A DNA stretch of 64,000 bases from Clostridia bacterium (GTDB lineage: Bacteria > Bacillota > Clostridia > Oscillospirales > CAG-272): the NCBI GenBank assembly GCA_017623375.1, contig JAGAPH010000127.1, forward strand, positions 27,331 to 91,330, given 5' to 3'. Both the position numbers and the translations under genes were made by a program. Under the pieces are notes generated by a model, which was not told the origin of the DNA, did not search any database, and saw only the letters and a program-made list of their open reading frames with translations. Shown in pieces: positions 27,485 to 36,554 of the stretch; the stretch's first letter is position 1; each line of letters begins with the position of its first letter.

Positions 27485-29755
27485 TTAAATATTAATATTT
27501 CCTATTACTTTGGCAGCTTTAACGAGAATATCTGAGAACGTTGCTGTCGGTTTCTCGACCGTGGCGAGAGGAGTATTAAAGTACCTCCGTCGAATCTCTG
27601 CCTTTCCCTCAATGATTACTTTCTTATCTAAAAGCTCATTGTTCTCTACAGATTTTTTTACTTCGGAATACAATAATTTCATCTCGGGAATATATAAGCA
27701 TTTTGCGTTCTCATAAATACCCGAACGACAGTAATAACACTCTGAATTTTCCTTTAAGGTTTGCTCAAAGTTTGGATTGGTTTCTGTCACATCGCGCAGT
27801 TTAGCAAGCGAGGCAAACATGGAATAATCATCGTGCGTACCAAGAAGGTCTGTCAAAAGCCCCAAAAGTCTCTCGCTGATACGCATAACACCATCAAGCT
27901 CTTCTGTCTGAGCTCCTGCGGCATACAGATATTCCACATAAAGAATCGCGGTATTGATATAACGCGCAATTATAGTCCTCGCTATATCGTACATATCTCG
28001 CTCGGTCATTTTATCTACCACTGTAAGTTTTGACAAACGGATCAGTATGTGTGCCGCCGTATCCTTATATTTAGCCGCCAGTGCTGCTTTGCCCTTGTAT
28101 TCTCCTGCTTTATCATTTTCAAAATTTGCCCTTTCAATAATATCGGTAAAAATATCGTGGGTCGTCTGCTGACGTTCCTCGTCAATACTCCATGCTGCGA
28201 GCTGAACGATCGGCAAAAAGCTATGCCATATATCAGAAATTTCCGCCACAAGCTCTGAGGGATATCGGTCACGGCAATAGCGGTCAACTTGCTCTTCAAG
28301 GCTCGGCGTTTCTCGTTCCCATGCGTTATAAGCAAAGTATTCAAGTGCAAAAGTATCACTGTGAGATAGTTCAGGCCATATGATCATTCCCTTACACATC
28401 GGATCGTCCTTTGCAAGCTTTAGACGCTCGTTTGTCAACTCGTAAAATCCACGGATCTCCGAGTCAGGCTCATAGCCGACGAACATACCAAACATCCACG
28501 GAAATTTGTTCAGTACCCCCCAATTTGTGAAGTTATTGTCCTTAGTAGTATCAGACGTGTAGTCTAATATTATTGACTGGCTTGGATCTAATTCCAAAAC
28601 AAGATCCCGTACCTCCTCAGGAGAATAGTGCTTCCACAGATCCCAGCTCGAGATCAGCAAAGGCGAGTTAGGATAATTCTCTTTTACATATGTGGCAATT
28701 TTTCGATAAACGTATAGCTTCATTCTCCTGTTTAGCTCACGGTCATCGGAATATAAGCGCTCGCCAAGCCCTATGGTATGGAACATTTCAGAGCTTCCAT
28801 ACTCCTTGATATGGGTATCGGTAAGCTTGCAATAATTGTCAAAATCCTTTCTGTTACGCACGTCCCACACAAAGCCCGTAAGATCTCTGTAGTAGTCATT
28901 GCTTTGAGGCAGAAAATTCGGTTTTGCCTTGTTGATAAAATCAAGCGGTGTGCGTGAATACCAATGGGACATAGTTCCGCAGTCTTCCGGGTGAATAAGA
29001 TCACGTTCAAACGCGTACTGCAATATCTTTTTCCTTAGCTCTCCGCGGTATTCCAACGACCAGAACAACGTCCTGTCATTAAATCCCTGACCTGCTTCGG
29101 GAAGTCTTTGGTCTCTGTCAGGATAAGAAACAATGTCGGGAAAAGCCTTTTGGAAAAGATCGTCCATTCCAATACGGAGCATAAAAAGATTAAGTCTCTT
29201 TTTCAGCAACCAATCAATTTCTCGCGTCCAATCCTCAAAGCTCCAGTGCTCTGCCTGAAACCTATGTAAAGAACGGTGTGCAAAATACCGTATGCCTCTA
29301 TAATCAAATCTTGGAGATTCAACAATATTTATACCACTCCGAGGAAGCTCTGTTTTCTCAATTCGGTCACCGTCCCAGAACCACCGACACCCACAAAACA
29401 AATCAAAATAACGGTAGACTGCATATATCGTTGCGCGCGGTCGACCGCCAACAAGAAATGTAAAGCATCTTCCGTCTATATTTACTGTTCTTATACAGTA
29501 ATCGTCGGTACAGTAACGAATACCAAAGCCTTCCGTTCGGTTTTCAAGATAAATTTTTGCAGTCACCGAATTGACTGCGTCGTTTCCTATCAAGACCGTA
29601 AGATCTGCCACAACCTTATAATTTGAGTACTCATCATCAGTCACTGTCTGTACGCTTACACCTGCAACCTGCTTTGCCAGAGACGCAAACGTCTTTGCCG
29701 CAATTTTATAAGCACTGTGAGCTGCTGCAGGATAAACTGCTACAACATTCATCAC
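27485..29755 (-). CDS. alpha-N-acetylglucosaminidase-like (GH89/NAGLU-like) protein, no signal peptide
   Basis: 756 aa, with an N-terminal alpha/beta domain. The central segment YRGIRYFAHRSLHRFQAEHWSFEDWTREIDWLLKKRLNLFMLRIG recalls the NAGLU TIM-barrel entry motif (...W..W.REIDWMALNGINL...). The call was made by eye. Confidence 0.55.
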   Translation of the reverse strand: MMNVVAVYPAAAHSAYKIAAKTFASLAKQVAGVSVQTVTDDEYSNYKVVADLTVLIGNDAVNSVTAKIYLENRTEGFGIRYCTDDYCIRTVNIDGRCFTFLVGGRPRATIYAVYRYFDLFCGCRWFWDGDRIEKTELPRSGINIVESPRFDYRGIRYFAHRSLHRFQAEHWSFEDWTREIDWLLKKRLNLFMLRIGMDDLFQKAFPDIVSYPDRDQRLPEAGQGFNDRTLFWSLEYRGELRKKILQYAFERDLIHPEDCGTMSHWYSRTPLDFINKAKPNFLPQSNDYYRDLTGFVWDVRNRKDFDNYCKLTDTHIKEYGSSEMFHTIGLGERLYSDDRELNRRMKLYVYRKIATYVKENYPNSPLLISSWDLWKHYSPEEVRDLVLELDPSQSIILDYTSDTTKDNNFTNWGVLNKFPWMFGMFVGYEPDSEIRGFYELTNERLKLAKDDPMCKGMIIWPELSHSDTFALEYFAYNAWERETPSLEEQVDRYCRDRYPSELVAEISDIWHSFLPIVQLAAWSIDEERQQTTHDIFTDIIERANFENDKAGEYKGKAALAAKYKDTAAHILIRLSKLTVVDKMTERDMYDIARTIIARYINTAILYVEYLYAAGAQTEELDGVMRISERLLGLLTDLLGTHDDYSMFASLAKLRDVTETNPNFEQTLKENSECYYCRSGIYENAKCLYIPEMKLLYSEVKKSVENNELLDKKVIIEGKAEIRRRYFNTPLATVEKPTATFSDILVKAAKVIGNINI

Positions 29756-29772
29756 ATCGTTCCTCCAACCTA

Positions 29773-30849
29773 TTACAATTTTACAGCCTTACCCGTAGAA
29801 ATACTCTCATATACGGCGTTCATAGCCTTGATGGTATTTTTGTGCCAGCCTATATTTATCTTGGGCAGGCGCTTTGTCTCTATATTTTCAACAAATTCGT
29901 CGATAAGTCCCACCCATTCATCAAAATAGGCGTACTGTACCGTATATTTATTTTCGGGAGAACCGTTATGATAGGTATTAGGTCCGAAGCAGTCGGTAAA
30001 CATACTGCCCTCGTCTCCGTGTATCACAAGGTTTACCTCCATTCTCTTGGGGAACACTTCCCAGCCTGGCGCGGGAACTTTAATTCTGTTTTCCGCTCTT
30101 GACCAGCTTGGGTCAAGTGAGAATATGACGCCATTCTTCATTCTTCCCACAACGGCAAGCATATCCTCCTCCTCGATATCATGACGCATATTTGGCGCTA
30201 CCTTTGCGAATATAACATCAAATTCGCTATTTGTTACTTCTCTTATCATATCAAAAATATGAGGGTGGTCACAAAGCGCACCGCCACGGAACTTCTCATG
30301 TCCTTTCTTGATAGGGACACGTTTGCCGTAGCTCTTTTCGGGAACACCCTGCCACGGGAATGCCCATACGGGAGAAAGGGTGATATTCGTCGCATTAAAG
30401 GCGTCTGTATCTCCGACTGCCTTATTCTTTATAAGCTCCTTCATACGCATGACAACAGGATTGTAGTGAAGCTCAAGCTCGATCTGGAATGTAATTCCAC
30501 TTTCCGAGACAAGTCTTTCCATCTCCGCATATTCAGCCATATCGAAGGTGGGTATCTTCATGGAAAGAACGTTTATCTTTCTCTCGGCACAGAGCTTTAC
30601 CTGTCTGAGATGCTCGGAGTTCTCACTTGCAAGGACTACCGCTTCTATTTCGGGATGGGCGTCAAGCATTGCCTCGTCGGAGTCATAACACGGTATTCCC
30701 TGCACGCTTCTGAGGAATATTTCCTTAACATCTTCATTCGCTGTGGAAACGGCTATCCATTCGAGCTTGGGGTTGTTCTTAAGAACGTCATAATATTTTC
30801 TCGTATGACCGTGTGTCATACTCATCATAGCAATTTTCAGTCTTTTCAT
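29773..30849 (-). CDS. Gfo/Idh/MocA-family oxidoreductase-like protein with degenerate cofactor motifs
   Basis: The overall Gfo/Idh/MocA layout is present, but the N-terminus is KIAMMSMTHGHTRKY instead of a GxGxxG loop, and SMKIP replaces the family EKP motif. Confidence 0.7.
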   Translation of the reverse strand: MKRLKIAMMSMTHGHTRKYYDVLKNNPKLEWIAVSTANEDVKEIFLRSVQGIPCYDSDEAMLDAHPEIEAVVLASENSEHLRQVKLCAERKINVLSMKIPTFDMAEYAEMERLVSESGITFQIELELHYNPVVMRMKELIKNKAVGDTDAFNATNITLSPVWAFPWQGVPEKSYGKRVPIKKGHEKFRGGALCDHPHIFDMIREVTNSEFDVIFAKVAPNMRHDIEEEDMLAVVGRMKNGVIFSLDPSWSRAENRIKVPAPGWEVFPKRMEVNLVIHGDEGSMFTDCFGPNTYHNGSPENKYTVQYAYFDEWVGLIDEFVENIETKRLPKINIGWHKNTIKAMNAVYESISTGKAVKL

Positions 30850-30850
30850 T

Positions 30851-31546
30851 TTATGCCTCCACCTTTACGTTTTCCATGGTTTCAAGAGAAGCCTTTGCGG
30901 CAGCTACTACCTTCTGTATATGTATCCATTTGTTTGCATTTGATTTCTGAACATCAACATTCTTAGCCACAGCAAATGCGTTTCTTATAGTATTTATCTC
31001 GATTTCGGAATAGCCATACAGCTCCGCATCCGTATCCATAAATGCCTGTTCCTTTTTGCCGAATACGTAAATAGAATCCTGAGGCATCTGAGTATCAACA
31101 ACTCTGTCGCAACCCACACCGTTGTCTGTAATTATCTCGTGCTTGTCAATATCCCGCTGACCGTCATCCAGCGTTGAGCCAAGCTCGATGGTACATACGC
31201 AGCCGTTTTCTGTTTCAGCAATACAGTTCATGGTGTTTTTTCCCGCAATAGCGAATATCTCTTTTACAGTAGAGTTTACCGTAAACTCCAAAATTCCTAT
31301 CTCTCGGGCAAGAAGCGCAAACAGGTCGCTTCCTTTTTTAGCGGTATGTCCTATACGATAGGTACACATATTTCCGAGTCTGCCTGTTACAACGAGATTG
31401 CGAAGCTCAATAATACGCCTGTCGCTCTCCCAAGGCAAAACGGGAATATTCTTTCCGTCAACGGTGACCGTTTCTCCCTTTTCTGTCAACACTGCCTTTG
31501 CAGAAACAGAATATTTTTTCAAAAGCAGATCTAATCCTTTTTGCAT
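30851..31546 (-). CDS. hypothetical protein, possibly a Gfo/Idh/MocA C-terminal-domain-only protein
   Basis: 231 aa with no Rossmann segment. It resembles the alpha/beta C-terminal domain of the family. Its stop lies 1 nt before the start of the downstream oxidoreductase-like gene. Confidence 0.5.
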   Translation of the reverse strand: MQKGLDLLLKKYSVSAKAVLTEKGETVTVDGKNIPVLPWESDRRIIELRNLVVTGRLGNMCTYRIGHTAKKGSDLFALLAREIGILEFTVNSTVKEIFAIAGKNTMNCIAETENGCVCTIELGSTLDDGQRDIDKHEIITDNGVGCDRVVDTQMPQDSIYVFGKKEQAFMDTDAELYGYSEIEINTIRNAFAVAKNVDVQKSNANKWIHIQKVVAAAKASLETMENVKVEA

Positions 31547-31556
31547 TTTTATCTCC

Positions 31557-32303
31557 TTATAGCATTTTAATTCTTGGACTGTATTTCTCTAAATACGCCG
31601 CATTCTTTTGGTCTCCGCCCGGTGTATTTGCGCTTGACCAGCAAGGCGCCTTGATGCCACGGCGCTGACATTCCTTAACACACTCGATCTCCATCATATG
31701 CGCAATGTAAAAATCCACTATGTTTGATATGGGCGCTATTGGTGTTTCAAAGCCTTCCACCTCGATAACCGCATCTCCTACGGGATTGAAGTCGTCAATA
31801 CAAACGTCCGCATAATCAAACAGATTTGTCTTGTTTGGGTGGCGTATAAAGTGATCCTCGGGCATTTCATTTTGCCAATAGCTTGAGGACACCGCAACTA
31901 TTTTTGCCCCCGCCTTCTTAGCCTCCATAACGGCATCTATCGTGGCGGGATTTATGCCGATATTGTGGAACACGATAAGAAGATCGTCCTTCTTAAGCTT
32001 ATAGTATTTCATAATTGCCGAGCCGTAGTTTACCGTTCTTTCAAGCTCAAGATATTTCAATGCCTGATTGAATACAGTCAGTCCGTTTTCCGCGATAGGA
32101 TTGATATTTGCAAGACCTCCCGCTCGGAAAAACATCTCTCCCATACAAAGCGTGGTATGTCCGCCGCCTCCGTACACGTTTATAAGTCTATCCTGCTCTA
32201 TCGCGTCTGCCATAAGGCTCGCAGCTTTCTTTATGTTTTCGCCTTGCGTTTGATTTACCTTTTCTAAATTATCAATGATCTTATTAAAATACGTTCTATC
32301 CAT
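31557..32303 (-). CDS. SIS-domain protein (UPF0309-like sugar-phosphate isomerase/binding fold)
   Basis: It shows ...INVYGGGGHTTLCMGEMFFRAGGLANINPI... and ...LLIVFHNIGINPATIDAVMEAKKAGAKIVAVSS..., which is typical of UPF0309/SIS proteins. Confidence 0.7.
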   Translation of the reverse strand: MDRTYFNKIIDNLEKVNQTQGENIKKAASLMADAIEQDRLINVYGGGGHTTLCMGEMFFRAGGLANINPIAENGLTVFNQALKYLELERTVNYGSAIMKYYKLKKDDLLIVFHNIGINPATIDAVMEAKKAGAKIVAVSSSYWQNEMPEDHFIRHPNKTNLFDYADVCIDDFNPVGDAVIEVEGFETPIAPISNIVDFYIAHMMEIECVKECQRRGIKAPCWSSANTPGGDQKNAAYLEKYSPRIKML

Positions 32304-32321
32304 TTCCGTCCTCCATAAATT

Positions 32322-33353
32322 TTATTTTTTCAGAACTCTCTTGTAGTTCTCGCCAATTCTATCCCATAGCTTGATAGGATCGGGAGCCTGTACGCTCGTT
32401 CCGAGACCGCCCCGGTAGGTCCACGTTGCAAGTCTGTCAACACCCATACTCTCGTACAGGTCTACTGTCCTATCTATCTGCGAAAAATCCTCGGGCTGAG
32501 CATTGTAGCCCATGAGCCAACGCTCGGACTGCTTTCCGTATTTTTTCGCGATCCGCACTGTTCTTTCGCTGATCTCCTTAAAGAAGCTTTCGGGTAGCGA
32601 CCAATTTATTATGGTGGTTGAAAATACGTCAAAGTACGGACAAGCTGCAACCATCTCCCAGTTGTCGTAGCCGCGAAGCTCGGTAACATAATATGTATTC
32701 TTTGTAGCGTGTACACAACAGGTTATCTCAAGATTGGGATCTACCTCCTTGAGTGCCTTGGAGCAATCCGCAAGAGTCTTGAGTGCCTCGCGCCATCTGA
32801 ACTGCTTAACGTCGTCGTTCATGAATTTTGGCATTTCATATCCGTAATATTCCTCGAATTTTTTCATACATTCGGGACATCTGCATGCCCAATCGTCACC
32901 CGCACCACCCGTTATCGAAGCATATGCCTTGGGATAGGCGTAGTGAGGCTCATCCCAGAAAAATCCGTCGACCTCGGTCTCTCTTGCAAGCTTCAGGCAA
33001 ATATTTGTGAAGTAGTCACGGAAAGCATTGGTATTAAAGCAAGCGGCATTCAGTACCTCACCTGTATAAGCGGATACCTGTCTGTGATGGATATTGTTTT
33101 GAAGAAATAAGCTCACCTGCTCTCCGCCGAAATATTTACCGATCCCCCACATATCCGCAATACAACGAAGTCCTACCTTGTGGGCGGTTTTTACGATATT
33201 GTTGATGTTTGGAAACCAAAAATCCATATCGAACTCGGTTATTGCAAGAATAACAGTGTCGCATCCGTGCTCCTTCATTTCCGTAAAATCTTTTTCTGCG
33301 TGTTCCACATAATTAAAGCCGTAGTAGCTTACCGCCGTGTGTTTGATGGACAT
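32322..33353 (-). CDS. TIM-barrel glycosidase-like protein, family unknown
   Basis: Start moved to ATG 33353 (GGAGG 7 nt upstream). It has alternating beta/alpha character, and the FFWDEPHY segment resembles the clan GH-A NEP acid/base strand. It also carries a CxC...C pattern (CRCPEC). Confidence 0.5.
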   Translation of the reverse strand: MSIKHTAVSYYGFNYVEHAEKDFTEMKEHGCDTVILAITEFDMDFWFPNINNIVKTAHKVGLRCIADMWGIGKYFGGEQVSLFLQNNIHHRQVSAYTGEVLNAACFNTNAFRDYFTNICLKLARETEVDGFFWDEPHYAYPKAYASITGGAGDDWACRCPECMKKFEEYYGYEMPKFMNDDVKQFRWREALKTLADCSKALKEVDPNLEITCCVHATKNTYYVTELRGYDNWEMVAACPYFDVFSTTIINWSLPESFFKEISERTVRIAKKYGKQSERWLMGYNAQPEDFSQIDRTVDLYESMGVDRLATWTYRGGLGTSVQAPDPIKLWDRIGENYKRVLKK

Positions 33354-33640
33354 ATCATATCCTCCTTGCATTTATTAGATCAGCCATTTTAGAATTTGGC
33401 TTGGTTGAATTATACCACGATTAAATGAATTAGTTAATGCACATTTCCAATCGTTATTTACACTTTTCCGAACACCGCCTTGACAAATATACAAATTCGT
33501 GATACAATCGGTATAGCTTGATATTGCAAGCACTTAAGCGAGCACCGCAAAGCGTAATTATTCTCACAAAATCCTGATTCAAAAAAATTACATGCACAAA
33601 ACAAAATCATATATACATAAAACACAAGACTTTTCTTTCC

Positions 33641-34462
33641 ATGATCAATGAAAGGAGATCGAGGTGCTTATCTCGACAAACTAAGATGTTTTTTAATTGT
33701 GAAGATATGTCCATCAACATACTCGGCGTTTTTAAGCTTAATTGGTATAAGAGAGATAAATGCTCTCGCTCTCGTCCGTTTCATGCTCTTTCATTCCGTA
33801 TTCGCGGAAATTCCACGATGATCTCATTAGATGGCTCACAGATCCAATTCAAAACCAACGACATTGCTTTTGTACCTGCCATGCACCTATACAGACAAAA
33901 GGCTCTTCAAGAGGAGCTTTACGTTATTCATTTTACCTGCGATCAAATAACCGAAACCGAAATAAAAAAGCTCAGCCCAAAGCGTCCCGAGAGCTTTGAA
34001 CGCTTATTTGCGGATATTTATGAGGCTTGGTCAAAAAAACAACAGGGATACATATATGAATGTAAATCCAAGCTATATAAGATCATATTCAAAATGGAAT
34101 GTGATTGGAATGATCAAAAAATTCTCTCCACAAACGATAAGATCTCAGAAGCCGTAGAATACATACACGACCACTTCACCGATCATTCGCTCACAGTGGA
34201 ATATCTTGCGCAGTCTTGCGGAATGAGTGATACATACTTCAGAAAGATCTTTCTCTCCATTTTTGACACGACTCCGCTGAAATATATAAATCAACTTCGT
34301 ATGAAGCATGCCGACGAATTGCTTCGTTCCGATTACTATACCATAGAAGAAATATCGGAAATATGCGGATTTAATAACATAAATTATTTCAGTCGATTTA
34401 TAAAAAAGCAAACAGGATATTCTCCCTCTGTTTACCGTCAGCATATGAAAGACCGAATATAA
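33641..34462 (+). CDS. AraC-family transcriptional regulator (divergent from the sugar operon)
   Basis: The C-terminal HTH pair is ...LAQSCGMSDTYFRKIF... and ...ISEICGFNNINYFSRFIKKQTGYSPSVYR. The start is ambiguous (33641, 33686 or 33707) and none has a good RBS. Confidence 0.85.
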   Translation: MINERRSRCLSRQTKMFFNCEDMSINILGVFKLNWYKRDKCSRSRPFHALSFRIRGNSTMISLDGSQIQFKTNDIAFVPAMHLYRQKALQEELYVIHFTCDQITETEIKKLSPKRPESFERLFADIYEAWSKKQQGYIYECKSKLYKIIFKMECDWNDQKILSTNDKISEAVEYIHDHFTDHSLTVEYLAQSCGMSDTYFRKIFLSIFDTTPLKYINQLRMKHADELLRSDYYTIEEISEICGFNNINYFSRFIKKQTGYSPSVYRQHMKDRI

Positions 34463-34530
34463 ACAAAATGTAAAAAATATGATAAGTGGCGGACAAGCAA
34501 AAATATGCTCTCCGCCACTTTCAAAAAATA

Positions 34531-34566
34531 AAAAACGCGAGTTGTCCATTCACTCGCGTTTTTTGC
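34531..34566. terminator. bidirectional rho-independent terminator
   Basis: The stem AACGCGAGT / ACTCGCGTT is flanked by AAAAAATAAAAA upstream and TTTTTT downstream. It lies between the convergent AraC and zinc-ribbon genes. Confidence 0.7.
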
Positions 34567-34643
34567 ATACCCGTTTTTATGTTCAAGCGGAACGGCATAT
34601 GCCTTTCCGCCACGGCTTCAAATAATTATATATAAATTATTCC

Positions 34644-34961
34644 TTACTGAGCGTTCTTCATTGCTTCGAAGCAAGCGCTGCAGTAAACAGGTCTGTCGTT
34701 AGAGGGCTGGAAGATAACCTTTGCCTCGCCACCGCACTTTGCGCATACAGTTGTGAAGTACTCTCTGGGAGCTCTTCCTGCATTCTTCTTTGCGTCGCGG
34801 CAAGCCTTGCAGCTCTTAGGCTTGTTCATAAAGCCCTTCTCTTTGTAGAATCTCTGCTCACCAGCAGTAAATACGAATTCGTTTCCGCAATCCTTACATA
34901 CCAGAGTTTCGTCTACAAATTCCTCTTCAGTCTCAACGCCGACTTTTACTTCTTCGTTCAT
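34644..34961 (-). CDS. zinc-ribbon (CxxC-x17-CxxC type) small protein
   Basis: It contains two CxxC...CxxC units (CKDCGNEF...CKAC and CAKCGGE...CSAC) with FTAGEQRFYKEKGF, matching the widespread 'probable zinc-ribbon' family. Confidence 0.75.
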   Translation of the reverse strand: MNEEVKVGVETEEEFVDETLVCKDCGNEFVFTAGEQRFYKEKGFMNKPKSCKACRDAKKNAGRAPREYFTTVCAKCGGEAKVIFQPSNDRPVYCSACFEAMKNAQ

Positions 34962-35083
34962 TGGTTTTACCTCACTTTGTGATTATGAATTGTTTTTGTG
35001 CTCTGTTTCTCAGCTTATGGACTGTTCTGAGGACAGGCTTTATCTGATCGGTTTCCCGTATCATTCAAGATTATATTGGAGAT

Positions 35084-35659
35084 CTATTGGAGCCGAGCTC
35101 TCAGCTTTTTTCGGATCCTGTATATGGCATTACTTATTGATCTTTCATCTTTATTCAAAAGTTGTCCGATCTCCCTCGCGGTCCTTCCGGACATATACAT
35201 CTGCCACACACGGTATTCAAACTCAGAAAGATTTCCTCTTATGACCGAATAAAGCGATTTCAAGCTTTCCTGTTCCAAAACTCTTAAGGATGGGTCCTCC
35301 GAATCGTTTGCAAACAATCCATCGTCAGATGTCTCTGAAAGCCTTTCGGCTCTTCTCTTCTTCAAAATCCGAAGCTGTGATATCAAAGCGTTTGATATGC
35401 AGATCTTTGCATACAGACCAAACTCAACCTCATGTTGATCCATGTCATAAGTCAATATGGCATTGTAGAATACGACCGTTGCCTCCTGAACAAAATCCTC
35501 TCTGTACAAGCTATACACATCGTCTCCAAGGCAATTTGCCACCGACGACTCTATAAGAGGATTATATTTCTTAAGAAGCATTTCAAACGCCTGACTGTCT
35601 CCTTCTCTTACCGAGGAGATAAGACTGTGCGTATCGTGATCATTAGTAAATCCGTTCAT
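35084..35659 (-). CDS. sigma-70 family RNA polymerase sigma factor (ECF-like size, regions 2 and 4)
   Basis: Region 2-like: AFEMLLKKYNPLI...REDFVQEATVVFYNAI. Region 4 HTH: YMSGRTAREIGQLLNKDERSISNAIYRIRKKL. Confidence 0.8.
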   Translation of the reverse strand: MNGFTNDHDTHSLISSVREGDSQAFEMLLKKYNPLIESSVANCLGDDVYSLYREDFVQEATVVFYNAILTYDMDQHEVEFGLYAKICISNALISQLRILKKRRAERLSETSDDGLFANDSEDPSLRVLEQESLKSLYSVIRGNLSEFEYRVWQMYMSGRTAREIGQLLNKDERSISNAIYRIRKKLRARLQ

Positions 35660-35706
35660 GCTTCCTCCGACACACAGTTATAGCTACATTCATACCACTA
35701 ACTATT

Positions 35707-35734
35707 ATTATATCATGATTTTACATAATGTCAA
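35707..35734 (-). promoter_or_regulatory. sigma-70-type promoter for the sigma factor gene
   Basis: On the minus strand: TTGACA (35734-35729), a 16-nt spacer, TATAAT (35712-35707). Confidence 0.5.
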
Positions 35735-35859
35735 GGGTATTTTTAAAAAAACTTTTGTAAAATATTGATGAAAATTGCGGTGCTTGTCGATATTAACCAT
35801 AAAATGCGTTCATTTTTTGGTAATAATTCACACCGTAATTAATTTTCACTTAATTAAAC

Positions 35860-36405
35860 TTAATTAAATATATAGTTTACGTTTCCCGACAGTAATGCAA
35901 GCACTCCTTTATACAGTGCTTCGGGTCTCTCATAGAAGTTTTCCTTCATTCTCTTTGCCCTGTCGTAGGAATCAACGATTATGGTCTGAGAAAACATGCA
36001 CTGTCCGTTCTCGCTGAAGCTGGTATCTATTTTATATCTTCCGTCCTCAGTCTTTTCTATGTCAAATTTTATTGACACACCTCGCTTTTTAAAATCAAGA
36101 TATCTGAGAGCGGCACACAGAGATTTGTCAAGTATGCTGGAAAGTATATCACTCTTAAGCTCACTTGCCACTATCCTTCCGTTATCGGTTATGCGGTATT
36201 TCTCCTCTCCGTCCTCCTCTATCCTTTCAACAAGCCCCGTATCCAGCAACGAGTTAAAGGCGACGGCAAAATCAAGATACATCACGTAGTCCGTTTGCAT
36301 GACTATATCGTTGATGGTTACAAAATCCAAGGGATAATTTATATTCTGCATGAGATACAGAACAAATATTTTTACGTTATTTATGCTTCCTATTGCTGAA
36401 CTCAT
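35860..36405 (-). CDS. DUF4364-like putative winged-helix protein
   Basis: 181 aa. The N-terminal pattern (KIFVLYLMQNINYPLDFVTINDIVM...LDTGLVERIE...YRITDNG) resembles PadR-like/DUF4364 proteins of Clostridia. The call is from memory only. Confidence 0.45.
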   Translation of the reverse strand: MSSAIGSINNVKIFVLYLMQNINYPLDFVTINDIVMQTDYVMYLDFAVAFNSLLDTGLVERIEEDGEEKYRITDNGRIVASELKSDILSSILDKSLCAALRYLDFKKRGVSIKFDIEKTEDGRYKIDTSFSENGQCMFSQTIIVDSYDRAKRMKENFYERPEALYKGVLALLSGNVNYIFN

Positions 36406-36554
36406 TGGTTTACCTCCATAAGGTCTGTGCGGTCCTTAACTTTCAACTTAGATAATTTTATCATATTTTTTATTTTTTTTCAATAACTATTTGCAATTTC
36501 AAGAAAAATGTGGTATTATATTATATATACTCTTTTTTGAAAGGCTGAAATCAC

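Noticed and set aside
33652-33684. AGGAGA followed by an out-of-frame GTG (33664) upstream of the second AraC gene, as a possible true start.
   Set aside because: That frame terminates after 6 codons (TAA). It may be a tiny uORF but cannot be the regulator's start, so the start remains unresolved.
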